Source of the DNA: Nemertoderma westbladi
Lineage: Eukaryota; Animalia; Xenacoelomorpha
Assembly: GCA_032718475.1 (NCBI GenBank)
Contig: JAUCBJ010002401.1
Location: forward strand, 1 to 36,564
Reading direction: 5' to 3'
Length of the DNA: 36,564 bases
The first letter of the stretch is position 1. Every line of letters starts with the position of its first letter. The notes under the pieces are model-generated. The model had not been told where the DNA came from. It ran no database searches and was given only the letters and a program-made list of their open reading frames with translations. The position numbers were made by a program, and so were the translations under genes. Shown piece after piece: positions 21,843-33,500 of this stretch.

Positions 21843-23567
21843 ATGGGTTGTTTGAAATTCCTTAAAGTTAATTATAAACTACTTATTATCATTTTGGCTC
21901 CTATAATATTTTGCCCTTTACCTATTGTTCTACCAAGCAAACATTTTATATGCGCCTACTGTATCCTAATCACCGCCACCTATTGGGTCTTCGAGGTTGT
22001 CCATATCAGCATCACCGCTCTGCTTCCTCTCTTCCTGTTCACAATGTTCGGAATCTCGTCTGCTACATCTTTGTACTCGGCTTTCATGACCGATTCTACA
22101 TTCAATATATTTGGTGCTTTGGTGTTAACAGCTGCTGTACAGAAATGGGACCTCCATAAACGGATAGCTTTGGGTTTCCTTACACCGTTTCCACCGCAGC
22201 ACCGCTGGTTGATGCTCGGCCTTATGATAATCACCGGTTTCCTATCGATGTGGTTTAGCAACACGGCGGTTACAGCAATGATTACACCAATAGCCATTGC
22301 TATTCTTCTGGAGATCAGACAACATAAGACCATAAACTCGAAAGATAACAACGAACCTGATCAGAATAACTCGTTAATGGAAACTATGGAGATTTCAGAA
22401 CTTTGTCCGGATATGAAATGTGAAGCTCAAGACAAGAAACCAGATGATGCCCAAACTGACTCTAAACTCGAACTCAGTGATATTAAAGAATTCACAACCC
22501 AAGAGAAAGCCTGTTTATTATCTATTTGTTACGCGGCTAACATTGGAGGTACAGCCACTCTCATCGGCACACCAACAAACCTCATTCTAGTTGGGGTTGT
22601 TGAGAAGTTGTATGACACAGACAGTCATCCGATATCATTCACATCTTGGATGTTGTATGCAACTCCAACTGCCGTTATCTGTATAGTATTGGCGTGGTTT
22701 TGGTTGCAAGCAATTTACATCAGGTGCCAATGTAAACTCAGTCCTGATGAAAAGGCGAATTTGGTTCGAGTAAAGAGAATGCTAAGGACTCAATACAAAG
22801 CTTTAGGACCTATGAAGTTCTCTGAGGTTGCTGTTCTGTGTCATTTCGTGGCACTGATACTCCTATGGATGTTTCGTGACCCTAAAATATTTCCCGGGTG
22901 GTCGTATCTTTTATTGCCCGAAAATTACATATATATTCGGGATGGTACAGTGGCCATGATAGTTGTCTTTAGTTTATTCATATTTCCTTCAGAAAAGCCG
23001 AACATGAACAGCAATAAACCTGTGCCCGCCCTCTTAGATTGGACTTTTATGGTCCACCATGTCAACTGGGGACTTGTACTGCTCCTGGGTGGGGGTTACG
23101 TCATGGCATTGGGTGTAAGGGAGTCTTGTTTATCAGAGTGGTTAGCTATTCAGTTCTTGGGATTAAAATCTCTTCCTCCATTATTAGTGATGTTTTTAAT
23201 AACCACAACTGTGGGAATATTAACTGAACTTACTAGTAACACATCAACCGCTAATATAATGCTCCCGATATTAGCTCAAATGGCGGAAGGTATTGGTGTT
23301 AATCCTTTATACCTTATGGTACCAGCGACCATGGCCTGTTCTTTTGCGTTTATGATGCCCATATCGACACCTCCAAACGCCGTTGTTTTCGCCTACGGAT
23401 CCCTAAGGATGATGGACATGGTTAAGGCCGGTATTATTATGAATGTCGTCTGCATAGCAACTGTAATGTTAACAACTCCGACTCTTGGTAACGCTGTTTT
23501 CGGTCTTGGAGAAGCAGCAACTTTTGGGAATCTTTCTGATGCGAAATCTTCAGAATGTGTATTTTAA
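21843..23567 (+). CDS. SLC13: SLC13-family Na+/di-tricarboxylate cotransporter, copy 2, single-exon CDS, 574 aa
   Basis: ATG at 21843 (MGCLKFLK) is homologous to the start of copy 1; the ORF-track start at 21804 is a TTG. Same motifs as copy 1. Confidence 0.95.
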   Translation: MGCLKFLKVNYKLLIIILAPIIFCPLPIVLPSKHFICAYCILITATYWVFEVVHISITALLPLFLFTMFGISSATSLYSAFMTDSTFNIFGALVLTAAVQKWDLHKRIALGFLTPFPPQHRWLMLGLMIITGFLSMWFSNTAVTAMITPIAIAILLEIRQHKTINSKDNNEPDQNNSLMETMEISELCPDMKCEAQDKKPDDAQTDSKLELSDIKEFTTQEKACLLSICYAANIGGTATLIGTPTNLILVGVVEKLYDTDSHPISFTSWMLYATPTAVICIVLAWFWLQAIYIRCQCKLSPDEKANLVRVKRMLRTQYKALGPMKFSEVAVLCHFVALILLWMFRDPKIFPGWSYLLLPENYIYIRDGTVAMIVVFSLFIFPSEKPNMNSNKPVPALLDWTFMVHHVNWGLVLLLGGGYVMALGVRESCLSEWLAIQFLGLKSLPPLLVMFLITTTVGILTELTSNTSTANIMLPILAQMAEGIGVNPLYLMVPATMACSFAFMMPISTPPNAVVFAYGSLRMMDMVKAGIIMNVVCIATVMLTTPTLGNAVFGLGEAATFGNLSDAKSSECVF

Positions 23568-24289
23568 TTTACTGACCTCGACCTTCGGCCTCAGTTAATA
23601 TAACCACCTCTAAAATATTAAGTATGTTTATCACTCGGACTTTGAACCATTCTACTGTTTTAGACCTTGTGTTGGCTTTATCAGCCAGGCCAAAATGCCA
23701 GGCAGCAAAACAAGCAGCCTAACTGTAGGCCTACAACTGGAAAAATTAGTATGTAAACATGCAATGCTGGGTGTCGGTGTCGTTATGATGCAGTGGAGTC
23801 CTTCTCGTATCACAAGGCCTGCCTCCTCCCTTTACTATGTTTTTTTCAGATCGTATGGCTGTTGGCTTATTAACGTTGAACATCATTAGTAAATAATTGT
23901 TGTTTAACGTGTATTTTTGCTTGTAGTTTTGATGTGCGATGGTGTTTTTATAAAGTGTAGCTAGTTTATAAAAAACAATTGAAAAAAATTAGTCTTTTAT
24001 GTTTAAGATCACCCATGGTGGTGAAGTGGCATACCCAGACGCGTAACAAGCCTTAAATATTTTCCCGTCCAATATACAAATTTATATGCATTTTTAAAGG
24101 TAAGAGTCATCCCAAGTAGGGCGTACAGTAAGTTTTAATAGTCATCCAAATATTCAGTCAATAATAATTGTAAATATTAATATTTATGAGACTGTGTTTC
24201 AAGCAATTTCTCTAAATATTAAGCGGCCATATGAATATCATGATATTGCAGGAAATCTCAAGCGATTGTATGAAAATTCAAGTTATCGC

Positions 24290-24568
24290 AAGTAATAATA
24301 TCCAGTAATAATACAATACAATAAGTAATAATATCCAGTAATAATACAATGCAATAAGTAATAATATCCAGTAATAATACAATGCAATAAGTAATAATAT
24401 CCAGTAATAATACAATGCAATAAGTAATAATATCCAGTAATAATACAATGCAATAAGTAATAATATCCAGTAATAATACAATGCAATAAGTAATAATATC
24501 CAGTAATAATACAATGCAATAAGTAATAATATCCAGTAATAATACAATACAATAAGTAATAATATCCA
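24290..24568. repeat. 33-bp minisatellite, ~8.5 copies (AAGTAATAATATCCAGTAATAATACAATGCAAT)
   Basis: Near-perfect tandem units. Confidence 0.95.
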
Positions 24569-24629
24569 TCGTATTGGAGTAAAACATAACTGATCCAAAA
24601 AATCTCGTCTGAGCGGTAACTCAAGCCAT

Positions 24630-24785
24630 ATCATAAGAAATATAAAGTGATCTCATAAGAAATATAAAGTGATCTCATAAGAAATAAAGTGATCAAGAAG
24701 AAATATAAAGTGATCGCATAAGAAAAAATATAATGTGATCGCATAAGAAAAATTATTAGAGATCTCATAAAATTATGTGATCTCA
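24630..24785. repeat. ~22-bp tandem repeat, ~7 copies (TCATAAGAAATATAAAGTGATC)
   Basis: Imperfect tandem units. Confidence 0.8.
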
Positions 24786-25244
24786 GATCAAGAGGAAGAG
24801 ATCTCATTAAATTTTCAGCAATCTAATTTATTCTCAAGTCAGCTTATGAAATTTCAAAGTTGCTTTGCTTAACCTTTTTTGTATGAAATGCAATTCAAAT
24901 ATTTTCATAAATCTCCATCCATTTCTTGAAATCTCGAGTGATCGGATTACATCTCAACCTCAGCTTTTCCTATAAATAGTTAGGCCTACTTTATTTAAAC
25001 ATCCATACCCAAACATGAAACACAGAAGGAAACCATAAGTAAAATGGTTCAAAAAGAAAAGAACATACAGTGGTCTACTAAAATTTATATACAAATCTAT
25101 TGTTGCGATATCTGGAGTCTGAGTTCAATGTATTGGTTTTTATAAACAATCGCGAAATCCCGAAGTTCGCGTCTACTAACGGATGAACTGTATCCTCCTT
25201 GATTGGCTTAGACCTAATGCCAATCTTGCTACCAAAATAAATTC

Positions 25245-25322
25245 ATCTGGGATTTGGGATTGAACTACTGTATGTACCTACAAATTTCAAGTCCAACGCT
25301 CAACCAACTTCGCCACTGCGCC
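25245..25322 (-). mobile_element. tRNA-derived SINE head fragment
   Basis: Minus strand GGCGCAGTGGCGAAGTTGGTTGAGCGTTGGACTTGAAAT...AGTTCAATCCCA with A-box- and B-box-like motifs. Confidence 0.5.
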
Positions 25323-25530
25323 GTATGAAGCCTTATAAAACTAAAAGCTAACTGGAAATTAACAACACAAACAACAACAACAATGGAGTCTCGCTACGCT
25401 GACCTAAAAAATATGCCAAATAGTGCTGGGTGAGGAATACGCAACCATTAGAAACAACAACCAAACAATGGGGTGACTACAAAACAAAGACCCATTTATA
25501 TAAGCCTGCATAATCTTGTAACATGTGTTA

Positions 25531-25915
25531 AGTTTCGTTTATTGTTTTGGTTCCCCTAACACGCCGCTGTAACCTGCTCCTTTACTAACCTGCTCCTTTA
25601 AATGACAATGGGACCTAACGCTCTTTGGGATCTAACGCGACTTTACCTATTCGTTTTGTACAGAGGGTCTTTATACTCTTACAGATACAAGAGCAGAAAA
25701 CTTGCTTTTTCTACCGTGGTGGGGTCAAATCAACACGCCTCTGTACCTGCTCCTTTACCCTTTACTAACCTGCTCCTTTAAATGGCAATGGGACCTAACG
25801 CTCTTTGGGACCTGTACAAAACAAAGAGGTAAAGTCGCATTAAGGTCCCAAAGAGCGTTAGGTCCCAAAGAGCGTTAGGTCCCACTGCCATTTAAAGGAG
25901 CAGGTTAGCAGGTTA
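25531..25915. mobile_element. MITE/foldback-like composite of direct and inverted repeats
   Basis: 25585-25663 is inverted at 25812-25908; 25558-25631 is repeated directly 180 bp downstream; internal 17-bp GGGACCTAACGCTCTTT repeats; related sequence at 35736-35795. Confidence 0.7.
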
Positions 25916-27001
25916 TAAATGCCATAAAGGATTTATTTATATTTATTAATTGCGTGGCCTGCGGGTATTTTCTTTAATCCTACTCCGGCTCTTCGGGTGA
26001 ATGGGAATAATGTCCGAAATTCCGGAAAATTTATTTGGGAGTCAAGACTTGGTGTTAGTAGCGAGTTACAATAAATGACACTCAATAGCAACCACTACGA
26101 GGTTAATTTTTAATTGTCATTCTCATATGGCTGCTACAGAATTTAACTTAAAATAACCGGTGCCGGTATTCTTATTCTCCAAATATATAAATAACGTTGT
26201 CATTTGTCATATACGTTGGACGTTGCCATTTGCCATGTCTAAAACCGCGACTATACTGTAGTTTTGTGAAAAATTTACATGTTCCAAATATTTACACCCA
26301 TCTTGGGGTGGAATCTTGTTGGTCAACCAAAAAATGGGCCTACAGTGATTCAAAGATGGACACGGGCTGGTTTTTCGTTAATTTTAATTTTTCTAAACAT
26401 TACAGCATAAAATAACATATTAACTTTTTTGATCAATTTACATAACTGATTCCAAATACAATATCAGTTTGTCCTCGTGAGTCACTGTTCTGGTTGTTTG
26501 TGAATTAGACAAAGACACACGTTAGACACACGTCGTTAAACAAAACACAAATAAATTATGAAACAACCAGTTCCGGAAAATTAAATATAAAAATAAAAAA
26601 AATAAAAACGTTTTGTTAACTGGATAATTTAATTATTCAACAATAGCGGGCTTTCCAATATATTGAATACGGCCCGGCCCGGCACGTGACCATCTCTACA
26701 ATAGGAATTAGAACCTGTACCGCTGTACGTAAACGAGATACCACCAAACATTATAATTATTTATTATTATCAATTTATCATTATTTATAATTATTATTAT
26801 TATCAAAACATTGTAATAATTATAATGCCGTGCCGTAATTATTGCAGGACGGCATTGTTGTATATGTATGTTGTGCTTTAGTACAGTATATAGGCCTAAT
26901 TTACTTACGTATTCCCCAAGTCTGTCTAAATATGCCATTATTATTACGTATACCCGATTGAGATTGTATATGGATGGATAGTAGGCCTTATAAAAGCTAT
27001 T

Positions 27002-27174
27002 GCTGAAAAACTAAACGCCACCTAACGTTTAAAAAATAAACTCATTATGCTTAGATTAATATAGGAACTTCCCGATAGAGGGATGATATAGGTAATAGTG
27101 ATATTGGACGTCATGGTAACATAAAAATAGTAAATATTGGATACGGTATTGTTAGAATGGTTGTAGCCAACTAT
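27002..27174 (+). promoter_or_regulatory. Putative STYXL1 promoter with RFX X-box-like motif
   Basis: GACGTCATGGTAAC (27107-27120) matches 13/14 of GTHNYYATRRNAAC. A likely 5' UTR intron follows (GTAAGT 27238 to TTTCAG 27427). Confidence 0.5.
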
Positions 27175-27441
27175 TAGATTTTATGTAACATAGGCGATCA
27201 GGACTTTAATTTTTTAATTAAATATTTCCGTTGTTTTGTAAGTAATTTTGTAAAGTAGATTTAATTATTTTTTGAAACTAAAAAACAATGAAAAACCGAA
27301 TTAAATTTAAAAAAATAAAAACTTAACAAGATCTCGATAGCACGTACTGTAGCTGAATCCTATAACATCCGCATTTTCTTTAGAAAAACATAGTTTTATA
27401 CGTTATTTTAAGTTTTTATAGTTTCAGTTTTATTTATTGAA

Positions 27442-28748
27442 ATGGAATTAATAGAACCTTGTGAGGTATATAATTTATTGCAACAATCTGTTAAACAGTA
27501 TCCGTGTTTGAGTGATCCGAATTATGCGTTGGTAGTTGATGCGAGAACAAAAGCAGATTACGCTGAAAGCCACATAATTACTGCAAAGAAAGCTCCAAGG
27601 TAACACGTTAATTAATTCTAAATTATTATAAATAATTATAAATACTTCCAGCGGTCTTTGTCAAGAAAATATTTTCCATAAATGGTATAAATTACTTTAC
27701 TATTACCCTAATTTGTTTAAATGTTTTATTTTCATTAATTATTTATATAATATTATTTTCCATATTTTGTTTTTTTTATATTTTGTATTTTAATATTTTG
27801 TATTTTTTAATTTTGTAGGTTTATATATTTTACAAACCATAATTGGTATATATTTTGACGGCAGATACGCAGATGGGGGCTACAAGGTTCCTTACGACTC
27901 TGAGTTGGAATGTAAACGGTACGTTTTGGTTTACGATGGGAGTACATCTAGTCTAGACGACGGAGGGACGGATGCTGTTCGCTTAGCAAAACTAATGGTG
28001 GACATGGGGAGCAAGAACAAGGTGAGACGACCGCGAAATAAATGAAGTATTATTAAATGCGGAGCAATAGGTATACTATAGGCCTATAGGGAACAAAGTC
28101 TAACAATTTATCAATTATTACTGCGGTAAAAAGTTTTTAAAATTATATAAAAAAAAAAATTATTTTCAGGTACGAATTGTGCGCGGAGGTTACGAAGCGT
28201 TCTCAGCTACCTACCCATTCCTTCGCACTCGGGACACGATGTACATGCCGATGGATCTGGACGTAATGAAAACCTGGCCGGTAGAACTCATCCCTGGCCA
28301 GACCGCTCTCTATCTGGGAGACACCAACCAGGCTTTCGATAAATCAGTTAACAAAGACATGAAAATACGAGCCCATGTTAACTGCTCCAACGATTTAAAC
28401 GTATTTTTCGATGACAGAGCTCGCATACTTAACGTGGAAGTTGATGATAATGGCAACGAGGATATTCATAAACATTTCAAAGAAGTTTGCGAGTTTATAG
28501 ACGACTATAGAATAGAACGGAAGCAATCGGTGTTGGTCTACAGTAGATTAGGTATTAGTAGGAGTGTTACTGTGGGTATCGCCTACCTAATGCACAACCA
28601 GGGTCTGACGTTGGGAGACGCGTGGAACGTTGTCGCTCTAGCCAAGAGGAACATGCGACCAAGTCGAGGTTTTGTGGAACAGCTCAGCCAATGGGAATGC
28701 GACTTGCGTGGATCACGTGTCACAGATATATCCGAACCTCTATTCTAA
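27442..28748 (+). CDS. STYXL1: STYXL1 / MK-STYX pseudophosphatase (rhodanese + inactive DSP domain), ~297 aa, 3 coding exons
   Basis: Exons 27442-27599, 27865-28021 and 28170-28748 join in frame at GT-AG boundaries. EPCEVYNLL...LSDPNY...ESHIITA; LECKRYVLVYD; GGYEAFSATYPFLRT; signature loop VLVYSRLGISRS (Cys to Ser); C-terminal VTDISEPLF. Confidence 0.93.
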
Positions 28749-30558
28749 CGTCATAAAGAAAATTTACATTGATAATCTTTACTTGTTAACCTAATTTCAT
28801 TTACATTGCTGATTTAACGCCATAAAAGATGACGACTGATTGGATACTTAAGATACGTTCCGAATATTAACCAGCAAGGCAAGTTTAATATTCCGAAATA
28901 GTGAAATAAATCATTTTAGGTCATGCCACTACATAAAATAGATTGTGTTACCTGCCTCAACACGGGTATATAAATATGGTAAGTCATCTTGTGATAGACT
29001 GGTAATTATATCAGCTGTCTAGTTTCGATAACTACAAAAAATTTTTGTGCCACTTTATTTTATATATAAATAACATAATGAATTTGATCGAATAGTATTT
29101 TAATTAATTACTTCCAGTAACATATATAATAGCACTGAATTCAAGGACATATTCGATAGGAACGCAATAGTAGCAACACTGTAAAGTATACTGTTGAGGC
29201 GGCGAAATACGGGCCACATGGAAATATACCGGTAACACTTTAGGACAAATATTTTAGTTACGTTGACAAACTAAAAATAAATAAATTATCAAATATGTTT
29301 TCCCTAGAATGAATAAATATGTAATTTAAAATGTCTTTGGATGACTTAATAGACAAAAAATGCTGATTTTCATCCGACGTGTTTCGAACATTGTCAAAAA
29401 ACATTTTTCCTAAACGTTATTGACAATTTCCATTTAAATTACATATATTTAATTAAATTAAATTACTATTGTGTCGGTTTCTAATAGATGATAAACTTTA
29501 TGTATATAAAAATAAAAGTATCTGTTTACTCAGCATTAATGGCTGATGCTAATAACTGCAATGATACGGCAACATTGTCCTCCCTAATAGGCTAATTAAT
29601 TAGCCCAAATTAATTAACTAACAAATTAATAACACTAAGCCTTTATTAATTTGTGATACTGTAGTTAATTTTTAGGCAGCATCTGGAAGGAGATATACAT
29701 TTTCCCATCTCAAAAATGAAAACAGAAAACCTTTGAATTAAAAATACTAAAATACTATTATTATTTATTTTATGAAATTATCTGTAGCATTTTAAATCAT
29801 AACCTTACCTACCTACTAACTGTATTTTAGGAAAATTAATAATATTAATATTATGCAATAATTTCGTTTTTATCATGGAAAGTAATTACTGTATTAATGT
29901 CAAATCTGTAAAACTTACCCAGAAAATAGATTTAAAAATCTCTACTGACAGACATCGTAATGAGTTCAATATAATATAAAATTGGTAACAAATATTTATT
30001 TATGTAATTCAAAGGTTTTTTCTCTGACATAAATTCAACTCACTGCATCTCATGGATACATATTAAGTGAGATCAAATTAGTCGATCTTCCAGATACTGC
30101 ATGCTATACCAGATGTGAATAGAAATAAAAAAAACATATTAAAAAAAAACAATACAAAGGCACTGTTACACTGTTGAATAAATAAATAATACGAAAAAAA
30201 ATACAAGTAATAATGCCCTTTCACAATTCACCAATACATAAAAAAACTGAAGACCAAACCCAAACAATAAAAATTGCACTGAATATGGTGTACCTACATA
30301 GAACCCAGCACCTTATGACTTATAATAAAAAAAATGTAGAAAAATATCTTTAAAAACTGTAAAGTAAAAGGACACAAAATGTTTATGTGTACCGACGAAG
30401 TTAGGGGAGTCAGAATCAATAAACACACAACAAGGCAGGTGTTGGTGAGCAGTTGAAGACAGTCGCATATAGGGAAGTCAGCCCTAGGCCCATATACGTC
30501 TAGTCGTAGTAGGCCTACTCGAGTTCAGTAGAAATGAATCAATTAATTAATTAATCGT

Positions 30559-33500
30559 TTAGTTTGTGACAGGCAGACGGGAATTATCCTTCACAACAAC
30601 TTCGGTCCCACAGAATCCATATCTAAAAATAAATAAATAAGAATATTTTAAAGAAAAAGCTAAAATGTTGTATTTGTTATCGATATATACAAAAATATTA
30701 TTATTATTTATTTATGTGGTTGTAGCTTCGAGCCCCGCCAGGGTCCACTCATCCACTGGGGTCGATAAAATGAGAACCAGTTGAATTACTGGAAGCAAAA
30801 TTTGGCATAGGAGTAGCGCCAACCCCTACCTTCGGGTAGCAGATAGGAGTAGCGCCCACCCCTACCTTCGGGTAGCAGATAGGAGTAGCGCCCACCCCTA
30901 CCTTCGGGTAGCAGATAGGAGTAGCGCCCACCCCCACCTTCGGGTAGCAGATAGGAGTAGCGCCCACCCCTACCCTCGGGTAGCAGATAGGAGTAGCGCC
31001 CACCCCTACCTTCGGGTAGCAGATATGAGTAGCGCCCACCCCTACCTTCGGGTAGCAGATAGGAGTAGCGCCCACCCCTACCTTCGGGTAGCAGATAGGA
31101 GTAGCGCCCACCCCTACCTTCGGGTAGCAGATAGGAGTAGCGCCCACCCCTACCTTCGGGTAGCAGATAGGAGTAGCGCCCACCCCTACCTTCGGGTAGC
31201 AGATAGGAGTAGCGCCCACCCCTACCTTCGGGTAGCAGATAGGAGTAGCGCCCACCCCTACCTTCGGGTAGCAGATAGGAGTAGCGCCCACCCCTACCTT
31301 CGGGTAGCAGATAGGAGTAGCGCCCCCCCTACCTTCGGGTAACAGATAGGAGTAGCGCCCACCCCTACCTTCGGGTAGCAGATAGGAGTAGCGCCCACCC
31401 CTACCTTCGGGTAGCAGATAGGAGTAGCGCCCACCCCTACCTTCGGGTAGCAGATAGGAGTAGCGCCCACCCCTACCCTCGGGTAACAGATAGGAGTAGC
31501 GCCCACCCCTACCTTCGGGTAGCAGATAGGAGTAGCGCCCACCCCTACCTTCGGGTAACAGATAGGAGTAGCGCCCACCCCTACCTTCGGGTAGCAGATA
31601 GGAGTAGCGCCCACCCCTACCTTCGGGTAACAGATAGGAGTAGCGCCCACCCCTACCTTCGGGTAGCAGATAGGAGTAGCGCCCACCCCTACCTTCGGGT
31701 AACAGATAGGAGTAGCGCCCACCCCTACCTTCGGGTAGCAGATAGGAGTAGCGCCCACCCCTACCTTCGGGTAACAGATAGGAGTAGCGCCCACCCCTAC
31801 CTTCGGGTAGCAGATAGGAGTAGCGCCCACCCCTACCTTCGGGTAACAGATAGGAGTAGCGCCCACCCCTACCTTCGGGTAACAGATAGGAGTAGCGCCC
31901 ACCCCTACCTTCGGGTAGCAGATAGGAGTAGCGCCCACCCCTACCTTCGGGTAGCAGATAGGAGTAGCGCCCACCCCTACCCTCGGGTAACAGATAGGAG
32001 TAGCGCCCACCCCTACCTTCGGGTAGCAGCTATCGAAAGAGGAGCCTACGGGTCGCCTTCGGCTTCAGCCGACTTGTTTTAATAGCATTACTATTAGAAT
32101 ATAATTATTATCATTAAATAAACTAATTTTTACGAATTAGCTACAAGATAATATAACATCTGTATAACAATAGTATAACTCACTTTTGGTTTACGTGTTG
32201 ACTATATGAACCGCTATGGGAGAACCTCTTGTAACATTTGCTGCACTGGAATGGCTTCTCTCCACTGTGCAGACGTCTGTGTTCGATCAGGTGGTGTTTG
32301 TGCTTGAAAGCTTTATTACATTCTTCGCAGACGTACGGGCGTTTACCTAAACCAAAGACAATGACATCATTAGTAAAGCCCTAATGAATTGTCATTTATA
32401 TTCTACCTGTCGAGGCATTATATTACAGTAGATAAAAGCTTATAAAATTATCACACGTATACAGTATATAAGTCATCTATATCGATCATAATATAATATT
32501 TAATTAAAAAATATAATAAAATATTATAACAAAAAATATTTATATTATATATTTTTAAATTTAAATTTAGAATATAATATAGTATTTATTATATTACACA
32601 GCTGGGTAATCTTCTAATTAAAATTACATCATTATACTGTATAAAAAAGTTATAAGGGTCACCCCCCCCCCCCCCCCCCCCCCTGCATTGGTCTAACTGC
32701 ATCTTTAATTATTATACCCATTATTCTCAGATAGATACCAACCAACATACGTATGCGATAATTTAATACATATGTGAAAATTATGTTGGTCTAACCTGTA
32801 TGTTCGTATACGTGGCGAACAAGGGAGCTGTTCTTGTGGAACACTTTGGGGCACATCGTGCAGGGGTACGATGTATCGTGGTCAGCGGATGCGATGGCTC
32901 CGGCGGAGGTCGGCGGACTGGACGACTCGCGTCCGGAATCCCCGGAATCGGACGACGGGAACGGGGGAATCACCGTGATCGGGTTCACGTAGTGAGGAAT
33001 AAACGGGTAAACTAGTTTGGGAACTTCTGAGTAATCGTTGAACGACGGGTCAATAATAGGGCGGCTGGCACCTGGTTTGAATTTCCCGCGCGAATCTTTA
33101 CTAATGATTAAGTTGTTATTAGCGACGTCGAGTGCTTTATTGGGGCTCAGGTCTAGCGGTTCGCTACAATCAGACACGTCCTCTTCTTTAGTCGAGAGGT
33201 TTAACGGGTGGTAAACATCCGTATCGTCGTTCCTAGAGACCGATAAATCTAAAGGTTGATCTAAACTTCCTTCCAGTGACGTTTTCTCTGTATCAGGTTT
33301 AGTGGCCTCGTTATTTTCGATATTCGACTGAGGTAAATCGGAGGGTTTAGGGGGACAATCTGTTTGAACCTTTACGAAATTTTCGTGGATTTGTTTGTAA
33401 CGAGTCAGCAAGTCGGTAAGAGGTGGGGGTTGGACCGACAGTGGGTTTATGTAGGGATTGAAGGGAATGAGGCTGGGGTGGAACCAGGTTGAGGGAGGAA

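Noticed and set aside
24258-24634. Three repetitive minus-strand ORFs
   Set aside because: Artefacts of the 33-bp minisatellite.
30749-32010. ORFs 30749-31291, 31025-31342 and 31294-32010, or a CRISPR array
   Set aside because: Translations of a stop-free 36-bp satellite in an intron; no spacers.
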